Positions 46,699 through 62,000 of a stretch of 64,000 nucleotides of DNA are shown piece after piece; position 1 is the first letter of the stretch, and each line of letters starts with the position of its first letter. The notes beneath the pieces are model-generated. The model was not told where the DNA came from. It ran no database searches and was given only the letters and a program-made list of their open reading frames with translations. The DNA is from Macrostomum lignano (Eukaryota), in assembly GCA_002269645.1 (NCBI GenBank), contig NIVC01000518.1, positions 1-64,000 of the forward strand. Direction: 5' to 3'. The position numbers were made by a program, and so were the translations under genes.

Positions 46699-48237
46699 AT
46701 GCACTTTGTCGGTTACAACGTATCTAACTACTTGATCGGCTGCGTAGCCTTTTTAACAGCTGCTTATGTCTATGGTACCTGGCCGTACAGCTACTGGCGC
46801 AAGCGCGGCATAAAGGGACCACCGATGTACCCGTTCGTTGGCGACCTGCTGTCCATTGTTAGACACGGCTTCATGAAGCAAACTATCGATGACATTAACA
46901 AGTACGGCCGAGTGCACGGCACTTTTCTGACGCGAATTCCAACCCTGGTCGTTGCCGATATTGAGATGGTTCGCCAGGTTTGCATAAAACAGGCTGACAA
47001 GTTCACGGATAGAACTCAGCTGGGCAATCAGCCAAGTCCTTTGGATCGCGGCATCACTGTACTTCGAGGCCAAGAATGGCGTCGAGTGCGCAACCTGATG
47101 ACGCCCTGCTTCACGTCGGGACGTCTCCGAGCCATGTTCCCGTTGATTGATGACTCGGCCAGGGACTTGGTTGCTCAGTTGAGCAGCTACATAGAGCAGG
47201 GCAATCATGACGACGCCGTGTTCCAGCCAAAGAAAGACTTTTCAAACTACACAATGGACGCGATCGCCAGAACGCTGTTCGCAATTCAGATCAACACTCA
47301 CGCCGATCCGAACAATCCGTTCAAAGTGAACGCTGAGATGGTCTTTAACGTCTCCCTCCGTAGTCCAAAGCTAATCCTACTGCTGATGATGCCTAAGATT
47401 GTCGGACCAATCTACAAATTCTTTAACGTCAACCTGCTGCCGCAAAGTTGCATGGACTTCTTCATCAACAGCATTCGCGAGAACCTGAAGATCAGACGGC
47501 AGAGCCCAGACTCCAGCAAGTTCAACGACTTCCTCGCCTCGTGCATCACGGCCGTTGATCAAACCGAAACTATTCACGATAAACAGGTGAAAGGACTCAG
47601 CGAAGACGAGGTTGTAGCCCAATGCTTCACTTTCTTTCTTGCCGGCTTCGAGACAACGGCCAACGCCATGACCTTTGTAGCTTATCTGTTGGCCTTGCAC
47701 CCGGAGAGTCAGACTCGCTGCTTCAAGGAGGCCCAAGCCGCCGCCTCGTCCGGTAAGCTGGACTACGAAGGCGTCCAAGAGTTAAAGTACATCGGTCAGT
47801 GCATCGACGAGGCACTGAGGCTGTACCCGCCAGTAGTGTTTGTCGATCGCATGTGCAACACTACCACAACTATCAACGGCTACGAGATTGAGGCCGGCAC
47901 AAGCGTTCGAATTCCCACGCACTTTCTTGGCACAGACCCCGAAGTTTGGGGAGACGACGCTGCCCAGTTCAATCCCGACCGATTCAGCCCGGAAGTCGCG
48001 TGGGGTCGCGATCCTCTCAACTTTGTACCTTTCGGTATTGGCCAGCGCAACTGCATTGGTATGCGGCTGGCGCAGCTAGAGTTGCGCAAGGGCCTGGCCG
48101 AGGTGCTGCTCAACTTTGAGCTGCTGCCAAACGACGATACGCCAGCGTTGGGCAAGTTAGAACTCAAGACCACGGGGCTCACCGCGACAAAGACGCCGAT
48201 TAATCTGAGACTGAAGCGCCGCTCTGCTGAGAAGTAA
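46699..48237 (+). CDS. Intronless cytochrome P450, CYP3 clan (CYP3A/CYP5-like), 512 aa
   Basis: N-terminal TM anchor and GPP motif; WRRVR C-helix; I-helix FFLAGFETTA; K-helix EALRLYPP; FNPDRF; heme motif PFGIGQRNCIG. Confidence 0.97.
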   Translation: MHFVGYNVSNYLIGCVAFLTAAYVYGTWPYSYWRKRGIKGPPMYPFVGDLLSIVRHGFMKQTIDDINKYGRVHGTFLTRIPTLVVADIEMVRQVCIKQADKFTDRTQLGNQPSPLDRGITVLRGQEWRRVRNLMTPCFTSGRLRAMFPLIDDSARDLVAQLSSYIEQGNHDDAVFQPKKDFSNYTMDAIARTLFAIQINTHADPNNPFKVNAEMVFNVSLRSPKLILLLMMPKIVGPIYKFFNVNLLPQSCMDFFINSIRENLKIRRQSPDSSKFNDFLASCITAVDQTETIHDKQVKGLSEDEVVAQCFTFFLAGFETTANAMTFVAYLLALHPESQTRCFKEAQAAASSGKLDYEGVQELKYIGQCIDEALRLYPPVVFVDRMCNTTTTINGYEIEAGTSVRIPTHFLGTDPEVWGDDAAQFNPDRFSPEVAWGRDPLNFVPFGIGQRNCIGMRLAQLELRKGLAEVLLNFELLPNDDTPALGKLELKTTGLTATKTPINLRLKRRSAEK

Positions 48238-48936
48238 GGGGCAGGTGTCGTTTCCATGAAAAGTGCTGATCGAGTAGAAATTCAATCATTTTTATTAACT
48301 GAATCTACACTACGTTTTTCTTCAAAAATCAAACTGAAATCATGTTTTTAAGAAACTTTTAACACATTGCGGTAAATATTTTTATGGATCTGATGAACGC
48401 CTATTCTGAGAGGTCAAAACTAAAACCGAAAAATATATAATTAACTATGGCAAGTTGTGCTTGATTTCAATCTTTTCTTTACTAAAAAAGTTTTACTACG
48501 AGCGTATATTGACATCCATGCAAGGATTTAACATGTAGTTGATTTGTTAAGTCGCGTAATTTTTTGTTTGAATCGCATCTAATTGTTGCAGAAGCTGAGA
48601 CATTTGCTTACTTCGCGCATTGTATAGAGCTGAGTTGACTGAGACATTTCCCTGAGGCAGCGCTACCTCTGCCCGGTCATAGGGCTCAGTTGTGCAAGTT
48701 GTGCGTGTCGCGCGCTCTCGCGTACGTTGGTTGCCATGGTCTCGGGTGTGCTCACTATACAGTGGGGCAGAGATTCAGAGACCAGAAACTGAAATGTAAA
48801 GGCCTCTTAGTTAAACTGCCAGCTCGCTCGCTGTGTGCAAATACGCTTCAAAGCGATAGAGAAAGCGCCAGAAACGGTCTCTCTGTTCTACTGCGGCAGT
48901 TGGCATAGGAGAGTCTCCAACACTTTCCTTTGGAAT

Positions 48937-51900
48937 ATGTCGAAAGCTGCTGGCAGAAAGCGAGGCTCTGCAGCAGCAGCGGCCACGACTGAGCAGGAGA
49001 AGCCACCAGCACCGCCGCCGCTACTTCCAAACCAAGCGGATGGCAACATTGACGCGGAGCGGCGTCTGTTTGAACGAATCTACGGCATTGTGGCGCTAGA
49101 CCCGATCCCAAGGCCGCCGAGAGATCATCACCTGGGCGAGACGATCAACGAGTTCCAGAAGTACCTCAATGAGACTAGGATTGAGAAGACGTTCTTAGGT
49201 CTATTGAGAATTCTGCTGAAAAAGAAGATGCTACCATACAATCCATATCCACTGTTTCTCACTAATTTGTACCGATTCTCCGAGGGTCGGTACTTGCTTA
49301 GTACGCCAGCTTCAGAGATACTGCCGTCATTTCGCATGGAAACGGAAGACACTAGGATAGACTACGTGTACAAGTCCCGTCATTCGAGTCACATCTGGGG
49401 CCTGCCCTATCTAGTGCAGTGCTGCAGCCCGAACGATATGAAGCTATACGAGTGGCTCGGCAGGGACGTTGTGCCGCCCCCATCAACCACTCGAAGCGCC
49501 GACACTAACTATGTCATACAGCCCTGTGTAGCCATGATCGGACCGGCCGTCTTCCAAGGCTCATTTTATCAGTACGTGCCGATCATTCAGTTTCGAGTTG
49601 AATACCGAATCATGGGACCAGACATGACGCATGCCATTGAAGTCTTCATTAACATTGTCATCAAGGATTTGAACCACACTGAGAAAGAATCGGATCACAT
49701 CCTATTGGGCGTGAGTCTCCCAGTTGATCCTGAGACCGAACCGATGCGCTACTCGTCCAAGTTCTGGCAAGTTGACGAGATCAACACCCGCGGAGACGCC
49801 TTCTGGGATTCCATGGTTGAAGCGGTGACTAACAAAAAATACGTAGTAGCCGAATTAGTGTTTCGAGTCGATCCTAAAATGGGAGTTTACAAGAGAGGCC
49901 GGAAGCAGTATAGCTTTAATTTTGTCCAGCGCTCGTATCGGAATCAGGATGCAGAGCAGCTGACTCCGTTCTCAGAGATGATGGAGGCTTGCCTGTTCGA
50001 GGGCATCTTTATGGATCACATGCACGCGGATTCATATATTTCAACCTTCTGCCCGAGGGAGGAACTGGTTGACCGGGACAAAAACTACCGGCAAGAACCG
50101 CCGGCGCCATTCATTAGAAAGTCTTTGCTACGTCGAGGCGTCAAGGTTGAGAAGGACACGCACACTGATGACAGAATCCGGATTGACGGCTTTCTAATTA
50201 AAGGACCGATCGATTTCTCTCCAGACTCAAGAAAGGTCATAGACCCCGTGAGAATAGCCTGGGAGAGACATATTGCCAGAAGTCATTTCGTCCCAGAGGC
50301 TTTCGATGTAGTTCACCACATGATCCTGCTGATGCTGCTGGATCGAAAGTCTGTCAGCGACGAGCACTTTATTCAAGTCCACAGATTTCTGCGCTCGTCA
50401 GCCGCTCGAATGCACAGCCTCATGATGCAAAATCAGTTCATTCGGGAGATTATTGAGAATTTCGATCGCGCCGAGGAGTCGCAGATTGTTCAGCGTCAGT
50501 TTATGGAATACCGGCACGGCATCAAAGACCTGCTGGATAGTGTGTACCGCGAGTGCAGCAGCGAAATGATCACATGCGGCCGAGCTATTGAGACGCGCTT
50601 GTACGACATGAGTCACAGCGTCGAAGGCAAGGGATCCAACATTATCCTTTCGCCAAAAAGTGTCCTCGATTTGCGATTCATTAACCACTACTGCTACCCA
50701 ATATTTCTTCGACTCGTCGAGGTCATGCTACCGCAGGTGCCGCTGATCACTGCATTCGTTGATAAGCTGCGAAAAGCCTACCCGGAAGAGGTTCTCAGAT
50801 TTGAGGATGCTATGCCGAATCCAAATGTCGAGTACGGTTATGAAGAGCCGCTTATCAGCAAGCAGCATCACCAGTTCATCGACACAGAACTTGCCGAGGC
50901 CGAATGCAACGAGTCAAAAGAAATCGTCAAAGAAACAGTTCTCATGCAATACCTGCTAGATACTCGAGTTGATGAGGTTTGGGAAGGCTTCATGATGGAC
51001 ATATTGAGCAGCAACACGTTTCCGCAGAATCCTTATCCGCGTCTCATCACTGATTTTCGTCGTGCAGCTCTCAAGATGAGCCTGTGCTACGATACAGACG
51101 AAAAGATAGTCAAGGACCTTTACCATTCTGAGCCCCAGCTGCTTGATTCAACTACATTTGTCTATCAGATGCCGGGCTCAGACGCCTATGGGTACAAGAG
51201 CTCACTGTATGCTATCGACACGGCGGCGTATTTCGCACTAAGCTCCTTCCTATTCCCGCTAGTGCACGAGAACTTTACGGAAAAGCGCGGCGTCTATCGC
51301 GCCTCAGTGTGCACCTGCACAGTTGGCGAAGTGTCCACGTACGGCAGATTGGATCCGTATCTGCGGCAGGTGCAAATGGCCGACCATGTGTACATCAAGG
51401 GACCTGTTCGATGTAGCAGAGAGGGTATGGAACTGTTTACGCACATCCTAACCGAATACGCTATGCAGCTTGATCGAGAGCAAGACTTCGTTGTCATGGG
51501 AATCTTTCTCGGATCCCTTTCAAAGCGATGGTCTGTGAAGGAGATAAGTGAGCGCAAGGCCACGTTTATTACTGAAATAGAACGAGTTCTAATTTTGAAA
51601 GAGAACATTTTTCTGAAGCTCTACGCTCAGTACGATTGGCGCTACATCTGCGTCACAAAGTACTTCCGGTATCGCTACGTGAGCTTCGACAAGACCGAAT
51701 ACGTCAAATTCTTCGACGAGATTCCAACGGAACCGTATCAGAGCATCTTCTTCGATCAAGAAAAGGCGGCATTTCACTTCAAGCGAGGCGGCGCTCATGA
51801 GTGCTGCGATCCATTCATTGGCCCGGCCATCCGGCAGAGCATGCTGTACGCCGACGCTCAAATTGCCGAATGCCACCGACGCCAGGACTTCTTCGGCGTG

Positions 51901-52527
51901 CACCGCTGGCTGCTATTGAAATCGTTGGCTAGCAAAGGTGGAAATAACGTAGCAGAAGGCTGGCGCATGATGCATTCAACTGCTTCGGAATTGAATTTTC
52001 TCAATTGCATCAACAAGGCTCTGCAAGATCTGATACTCTACGTACTCTCGGACATGACATTCGCTCAGACTAAAGACGATGAAGAACCAGTGGATCTATA
52101 CCAATATGGCATTGACGAAGCCCTGTTCGCCTCTACTTATGCTGGCTACTATCACAAGCTGATGGAGGTTCTTAGCAACCCGCTATCCTTTGCTCCTAGC
52201 AGTATGTCGGAATTTTTGCGTCGCAAACTCAACTTCATCAGTGTTCAGTCTTATCGAGGCAACTGCGTACTGAAGATTGAGTCGCAAAGTATCCGCGTAC
52301 TGGAGGAGGTCCGCCAAGCCACGATGTCAGTGGAGAACGCGGTGGCTGCGGACATGCACCAGTGCTGTCCGGAGGCGCGCGAAAGCGTAGCCAAAATTCT
52401 GGCGCAGACGGCGCAGAAGCGACCGAGCGCCGAGGAGAGAAGCGACGCCACTGTAGCTGTCCAAGTGCCGAAAGCCACCGCGGCTGATCACCAAAACGAA
52501 TGGCATCAAGATTTGTACAATTTTTGA
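48937..52527 (+). CDS. Intronless ~1196-aa protein of unknown function with two homologous halves, each starting with a Dpy-30/RIIa-like dimerisation-docking segment
   Basis: 3.6-kb open frame with normal protein composition; probable start MSKAAGRKRG at 48937. Repeats KYLNETRIEKTFLGLLRILLKKKMLPYNPYP and QYLLDTRVDEVWEGFMMDILSSNTFPQNPYP. Confidence 0.88.
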   Translation: MSKAAGRKRGSAAAAATTEQEKPPAPPPLLPNQADGNIDAERRLFERIYGIVALDPIPRPPRDHHLGETINEFQKYLNETRIEKTFLGLLRILLKKKMLPYNPYPLFLTNLYRFSEGRYLLSTPASEILPSFRMETEDTRIDYVYKSRHSSHIWGLPYLVQCCSPNDMKLYEWLGRDVVPPPSTTRSADTNYVIQPCVAMIGPAVFQGSFYQYVPIIQFRVEYRIMGPDMTHAIEVFINIVIKDLNHTEKESDHILLGVSLPVDPETEPMRYSSKFWQVDEINTRGDAFWDSMVEAVTNKKYVVAELVFRVDPKMGVYKRGRKQYSFNFVQRSYRNQDAEQLTPFSEMMEACLFEGIFMDHMHADSYISTFCPREELVDRDKNYRQEPPAPFIRKSLLRRGVKVEKDTHTDDRIRIDGFLIKGPIDFSPDSRKVIDPVRIAWERHIARSHFVPEAFDVVHHMILLMLLDRKSVSDEHFIQVHRFLRSSAARMHSLMMQNQFIREIIENFDRAEESQIVQRQFMEYRHGIKDLLDSVYRECSSEMITCGRAIETRLYDMSHSVEGKGSNIILSPKSVLDLRFINHYCYPIFLRLVEVMLPQVPLITAFVDKLRKAYPEEVLRFEDAMPNPNVEYGYEEPLISKQHHQFIDTELAEAECNESKEIVKETVLMQYLLDTRVDEVWEGFMMDILSSNTFPQNPYPRLITDFRRAALKMSLCYDTDEKIVKDLYHSEPQLLDSTTFVYQMPGSDAYGYKSSLYAIDTAAYFALSSFLFPLVHENFTEKRGVYRASVCTCTVGEVSTYGRLDPYLRQVQMADHVYIKGPVRCSREGMELFTHILTEYAMQLDREQDFVVMGIFLGSLSKRWSVKEISERKATFITEIERVLILKENIFLKLYAQYDWRYICVTKYFRYRYVSFDKTEYVKFFDEIPTEPYQSIFFDQEKAAFHFKRGGAHECCDPFIGPAIRQSMLYADAQIAECHRRQDFFGVHRWLLLKSLASKGGNNVAEGWRMMHSTASELNFLNCINKALQDLILYVLSDMTFAQTKDDEEPVDLYQYGIDEALFASTYAGYYHKLMEVLSNPLSFAPSSMSEFLRRKLNFISVQSYRGNCVLKIESQSIRVLEEVRQATMSVENAVAADMHQCCPEARESVAKILAQTAQKRPSAEERSDATVAVQVPKATAADHQNEWHQDLYNF

Positions 52528-54744
52528 GTAACTTTTTGCCTTATTTTCCTTTTAGTTGCTACGTACTAACGCTTACTGCTAATAGTAGAAGGTTGCGATT
52601 GCACTTACTTACTAGAGAATAATTATTTTAGATCGGCATTTGCTCGAAATTTGCGTAGCAACGAAAAAATTTTTTAATTAAAAAATAATTTGACGCGTGA
52701 CAATACCTGAGAAGAGAAATCTCTTAGTGCAACACTTCTTTTCGTAGTGTCTCCAGTGTCTTGTGTCTCGTGAATATTTTTTTATAATCAACTTTTGGCT
52801 AATAAAAAAATCCATATAGACCAGCGGGTAATGTCGTTTTTTAATCACTATTATATAAATAAACTTTATACCGGAATATAGCTTGTATATGTAAGCATAT
52901 TAGCTCGTAGATCTCCTGCTTATTGCTTGCTTACATTTTTCTTGGATACAGACAGCTGAAAGTGTCCTTATTCTTAAACTACTACGATACAATTGGTAAA
53001 ATGATACACTCTAATTAGCTGTGCAGCTATAGCAGAAGTACTTTCCCAGAATGCTGTAGAGTTATCTTTCCAAGTCTGCCTTTCCGAAAGCCCCAAGCAT
53101 CTGAATCGAGTGACTATGGATGACCGCACGTGACCCCAGGAAATCTATTTATGGTAATGTTCAGTTCAGTGCTGAATCTCTTGCTGTCTTTCAGCATTGC
53201 TTTGTTTAAAATTAATTATGTGTCACCTGCTTCAATATGTGAGCGTCATACCGATACCGGAATGTACATTATATTAGCATACAAAAAGATGGAAAAATGT
53301 TTGCACTAACTGATAAACAGGGGCGCATCCAGGGAGAAAGGTGGGACTACTATGGCGCCTGGCGTTAGCGCCCACGATGGCGCCCACGATGACGCCCCCA
53401 CGATGGCGCTAGCTACCGGTAGGTGTACTCCTCCTAGTTCTAATAAAACTTCCGCATATACGCCCCTGCAAAGAAAACATTGAAATCTAGGAATTTTTAT
53501 AGGTATCGCAGTCTCAGAATTCCATCGATTATTTGCAAACATATAGATTAAATATTCTAAACGCTTGGCTTGACTTTTTACTTTGAAAATGATGATGGGC
53601 GAGGAAAGTCTATCCGAAGATTAAGCCATGCGTTAGAATTAGCCTTCAGAATTATAATTAGAGGCTTAAGTCTATAGTCATAGTCAGTCAGCTGATTGAA
53701 TGGAGTCTGGGGTGGGGATGGGCTGGATGTCGGGTGACGGTCCGCTTGCGTTAAGCTGAACTGCGGGAGCGCACAAACAAGCAGCTTCCTGCCAGCCTGC
53801 CCGCGCCCGCCTTGGGGTGGGGCCTGGGCGGACGGGGGGTTGGGCCCGGGAGTGAGGATAGAGAGGTTTGGTTTTGAGGGGCGACCCCGGCGAGAACAGT
53901 CTAAAAAGAAACGGGGGAGTGGAGACTCCCTCGACTATGTACATACGAACCTCCCCCCAGGGGTTCAATGTACACACCGGCGCCCAGGCCAGAAAAGAGG
54001 GAGTGAGTGGGTTAACTTGAACAGCTGAAATTGGATGGGGTGAATGTACACGCTCAACGGGCGTGGTAATATATATTACGCTGCAATGGGCCAAAGCCAA
54101 CGTTATAAAGGCGCTCAAATCGGGGGTGGGGGTTGGGGGCCTTGAGGCAAAGGTTGTGGGTGGGCGGACGCCGGACGCACACGGAGAAGATTAAAGCAAA
54201 ATGGGGAGGCGAGGAGGAGAGAAACAGGGAAGAAAGGAAAGCAGGGCTTGACAGGAGAGCTTGAATAGCAGAAACTTTTGAGTAGCTGTAGGTGCAGTAG
54301 AGAACAGCTGTACATAGCAGAACTCTTTTCAAGCCCTGCTTCTGGTTAGGCCAACAATAGTTCTCAATTCACCCCTTTAATTATATTGCACACGCTATTG
54401 TACTCGACTAACGACCAATTGTTGTAATTCTATATTTTCCTTGCACAAGCAGGACTGTCCTGACATTATTACTTTGCTTTGCTTTTGCGCTTGGTTTCAA
54501 TGCATGTATAAAACGTGAACTACCCCCTAGTCTGCACTGAAGACAACTTTAATTAAAGTATCCAGTGCTATAATTAGGACTATGGCTGATCTCAATAGCC
54601 GATTGGGCAAATTCGTCAGTAGACTTCATTGTAAACTAAACTTAAAAAAACTGTTTTAAATTAACTTTGCGGACTAAGACAGTCGCGTCAGGATGTACGG
54701 TAAGTTATATTTATTAAAATTGCTTATTAACGAATGCTGTATGG

Positions 54745-55548
54745 CTTTAGAAATGGGTTATTAGGTAACCACAAATTGTTTATTAGGCGCAAAAATGGTT
54801 TTTGAGGTGCCGAGCAAAGGTTATTAGGTACTCAAATTGTTTATTAGGCGTTAAAATGGTTTATTAGTCGCCAAAGTGGTTTTTTAGGTGCTAAGATTGT
54901 TTATTAGGCGCTAAAATTGTTTAATAGGCGCTGAAATGGTTTTTGAGGTGCCGAACAAAGGTTATTAGGTACTCAAATTGTTTTTTAGGCGCTAAAGTGG
55001 TTAATTAGGCGCTAAAATGGTTTATTAGGCGCTAAAATAGTTTATTAGGCGCCAAAGTGGTTTATAAAGTGCCAAGATTGTTTATTAGGCGCTAAAATTG
55101 TTTTAGGCGCTAAAATTGTTTTTAGGCGCTAAACTGGTTTACTAAGCGCTAAAATAGTTTATTTTGCGTTAAAATAGCTTATTAGGCAACAAAGAGTGTT
55201 TATTAGGCACAGGAAAAAGTTTATTAGGCGCCGGAAAAAGTTTATTAGGCACTAAAGTGGTTTATTAGGCGCTAAAATGGTTTATTAGGCGCCAAAGTGG
55301 TTTATTAGGCGCTAAAATGGTTTATTAGGCGCCAAAGTGGTTTATTAGGTGCTAAGATTGTTTATTTAATCGCTAAAATTGTTTAATAGGCGCTGAAATG
55401 GTTTGTTTAAAAGTTTATTAGGCGCCGGAAAAAGTTTATTAGGCGCTAAACTGGTTTGTTAGGCGCTAAGTGATTTATTAAGCGTTAAATTGGTTTATTA
55501 GGCGCTAGAATGATTTATTAGGCGCTAAAAACTGTTTTTTAGGCGCCA
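54745..55548. repeat. Degenerate ~20-bp minisatellite TTTATTAGGCGCTAAAATGG
   Basis: Direct reading. Confidence 0.92.
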
Positions 55549-56212
55549 CAGCCAGGGATTATGCATAAACAACACAGTATTAGTTTGTTTTTTAATTTTT
55601 TTGTGAGCGATAAAATTTTCGGTGTGTGTTTTTAAAACAAATTTCTGCATTTTGTTAATACGCTTTTCAATTTATTTTATTCGAATGGCTAAAAAGTTAC
55701 AATGACGAATTATCAAACAATTTTCAAGTATGCCTCAGTCATGCTAAAAATACCTGATTCTCTAAGGTAGAATCAAAGCACCTTGAATTAACTTAGACGC
55801 ACATGAAGTTTCTATTGCAGCAAGAAATTTAAGAAAAAGTCACTAAGAAAGACAGACAGAAGGCAAAAATATCGATCTCTCAAGTCCTGTCCTCTACGAT
55901 CGATTCGCGCGGAGTGAGACGATCACAGGATTAGCAACAGGCCACGTGTCTATCATGCAGGCTATTCTGCGTTTGTCAATTGCTTCTAGAAGCAATGCAA
56001 TGCCAGAATTTTAGCTTCGTTAATAAGGGGGTAGAGCGATTGAGTGTTTCAATAGTCTGCAGTCAGTCAGTTGGTCTACTGAACGTATAACCAACTGAAA
56101 CGTTTACTGCATTAGGCAAACTTTAATTCAACTACGAGCCACACGTAAAATTGTAAGCCTTATCCGGTGCGTTGTTTGGATTTGCATTTGAGCTATAACG
56201 TTATCTATATTG

Positions 56213-59062
<2,850 letters not shown>

Positions 59063-62000
59063 ACAAGCTGTTGAAACCCGCGGATTTTGAACCCGGTGAA
59101 TTCCAATCCCGGAACTATTTTTCCATGTTTTCTGAAATCTGAGGCCATACTCAAACAAAAACTTGTTAATAGTTAGTAGGATAGAGATAGACATCAAATG
59201 GAGTACATTTGTGTAAAATTAGAATTTGAGTCAAACATTGATCTAGTTGGCTGGGGTGCTTTTTACTTTAAATAGGCAGTTAATGTCTGTCTGACTCTAA
59301 AACATGTATCGGCAAACTCTGGCCTCTGCCTCTTACTCTCCCTACGTCCCTTGGATCCTTTGAAACTTCTATCTTCTCTTCTGTTTCCTCTCTTCTCTCG
59401 TCCCTCGTCTCTCCTCTCTGCTCTCTCTCCTCTCCTCTCTTCTCTTTTTCCTCTTTCCTCTCTCCCCTCTTTTCTCTTCTTTTTAATCTCTCTTATCTCA
59501 TGTCTTTTCTCTTCTTTTCTCTTTCCTCTCCTCCCACTCTTCTCTCGTCTTATCCTTCACCTCTCCTCTCTCTCGTCTTTATTTGCTCTCTGATCTCTCC
59601 TTTCTCTTCTCTCTCTTCTCTTTTATCTCTTTTCATTTCTCTCTGCTTCCCCCTCTCTCTGCTTCCCCCCTCTCTCTCTCTGCTTCCCCCTCTCTCTCTC
59701 TGCTTCCCCCCTCTCTCTGCTTCCCCCCTCTCTCTCTCTGCTTCCCCCCTCTCTCTCTCTGCTTCCCCCCTCTCTCTCTGCTCCCCCTCTCTCTCTCTCT
59801 GCTTCCCCCTCTCTCTCTCTGCTTCCCCCTCTCTCTCTCTCTGCTTCCCCCTCTCTCTCTGCTTCCCCCTCTCTCTCTGCTTCCCCCCTCTCTCTCTGCT
59901 TCCCCCCCTCTCTCTCTGCTTCCCCCCTCTCTCTCTCTGCTTCCCCCTCTCTCTCTCTGCTTCCCCCCCTCTCTCTCTGCTTCCCCCCTCTCTCTCTGCT
60001 TCCCCCCCTCTCTCTCTGCTTCCCCCTCTCTCTCTGCTTCCCCCTCTCTCTCTGCTTCCCCCTCTCTCTCTGCTTCCCCCCTCTCTCTCTGCTTCCCCCT
60101 CTCTCTCCCTCTGCTTCCCCCTCTCTCTCTCTGCTTCCCCCTCTCTCTCTCTGCTCCCCCTCTCTCTCTGCTTCCCCCTCTCTCTCTGCTTCCCCCCCTC
60201 TCTCTCTCTCTCTCTGCTTCCCCCTCTCTCTCTCTGCTTCCCCCTCTCTCTCTCTCTCTCTGCTTCCCCTCTCTCTCTCTCTGCTTCCCCCCTCTCTCTC
60301 TGCTTACCCCTCTCTCTCTGCTTCCCCCTCTCTCTCTCTCTGCTTCCCCCTTCTCTCTCTCTGCTTCCCCCTCTCTCTCTGCTTCCCCCTCTCTCTCTCT
60401 GCTTCCCCCCTCTCTCTCTGCTTCCCCCTCTCTCTGCTTCCCCCTCTCTCTCTGCTTCCCCCCTCTCTCTTATCTCTCCTCTCCCATCTTTCTTCTCCTC
60501 TCTACTCTCTCCCCTCCATTCTCCTCTTTTCTCTCCTCTCGCCTCACTCACATCTCTCTCCCTTTATCTCTCCTCTCGTCTCTGTAATCTCTTCTCTCTT
60601 ATCTCTCCTCTGTTCTCTCTACTCTCCCATCTCTCGTCTGTTCATTTTCGTCTCTGCTCTCAGCTCATCCCCCCTCTTTCATCTGTCATCTTTACTGTCT
60701 TATATGTTCTCTCATTCTGTCCTCTCTGTACTCTTTTCTTTCACCTCTTTTGTCTCCTCACTTTCCTTTCTCCTTTCTTCTATTCTCTTCCCTCTTCTAT
60801 ATACTCTCTCCCTCTCTTGTCTCGTCTCTTCTCTCTCCCTCTCCTCCTTTATCTCTCATCTCTCATCTCTCATCTCATCTCTCCTTACACCTCTCTCATC
60901 TGTACAACCTTATCTCTTCTCTCTTCCAAGTTCCATTTACTCTCTCATCTCTCCTTTCTCCTCTTTACTAACTCCTCTCTGCTCTTCTCTCTGCTCTCCT
61001 CTCATCAGCAGCTCTCTGCTCTCTCCTCTCTACTCGCTCCTCTACTCTCTCCTCTCTACTCGCTCTTCTACTCTCTCCTCTCTACTCGCTCCTCTCTACT
61101 CGCTCCTCTCATCGTCCTCACTCCCTCATCTCTCCTATTATCTTTTATCTTTTCTCTTATTCTCTCTCTCACCTCTCCTCTCTTTTCGAATAGTCTATTC
61201 CTTCTTCTCTCCACTCTCAACTGCCCCTCAGCCATAAGCTGGATTCTTTTCTGGCCTTTGAGGTAAAAGTCTGCCCATTCCTGCTTGGAAAGCCAGTTTG
61301 TGGGACGTAGTACTCTCATGGCTGTTCTCATCCCTTGATCATGTCATCTTTCTTGCCAATTTGCAAGCCCTGAAAAGAATTTTTGTATCTTTAGCTCCAC
61401 TACAGTCTGCATCAGTCTAACAACAAAAGGAAATACGCATTTCTTAGGAGGCCATTTAAATTTTAAAGTACTTTTAAGAGAAACTTAAAATTTCCATGGT
61501 GTGCCTAATTTAGTAGGGTTGTTTTTCATTGCATTGCATCGCCTTTTCATAAATATTTCGCTTTTACAAACCATTCTGGTTTGCCTCGATTTGCCAATTG
61601 CCATCCACTGTTAAACTGCTGCAGAGTTTGCCAATACAGAGGGGAGGGCAGTGGTTAGAATTTCTCACTAAACTGTTATGGCTAAACGTAGCCTCTCCAC
61701 TCTCGGGGTGCAGAGAAGGCTATAAATAAAGTTATTCCAAAACACTGTACATTCGCTATGTACATTCAGTCCTATCGCCTGACCCTTCGTCTGGCTCTGG
61801 GGGAATGAGTGAGTGAGTGGCACAAACAACAGAAAAAGCAGACAAACTTCACATGCTTACAGTTTCTTTTTCGGTTGAGTTACAGAGTTGAAACTTTACA
61901 TTAAGATAGAGAATGGGTCAATGAAGAATTGTGTCAAGTTTGAAGTTAATCGCTTCACATGGAGCAAACTTATGGCAGCTGAAAGTTAGTCAATTTTGAA

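Noticed and set aside
48388-48425. Hammerhead ribozyme (CTGATGA...CAAAAC)
   Set aside because: The GAAA core is missing, helix II is poor and no helix III pairing was found.
54745-55548. Nematode-type telomere (TTAGGC) array
   Set aside because: Only one hexamer per degenerate 20-bp unit; not tandem telomeric repeats.
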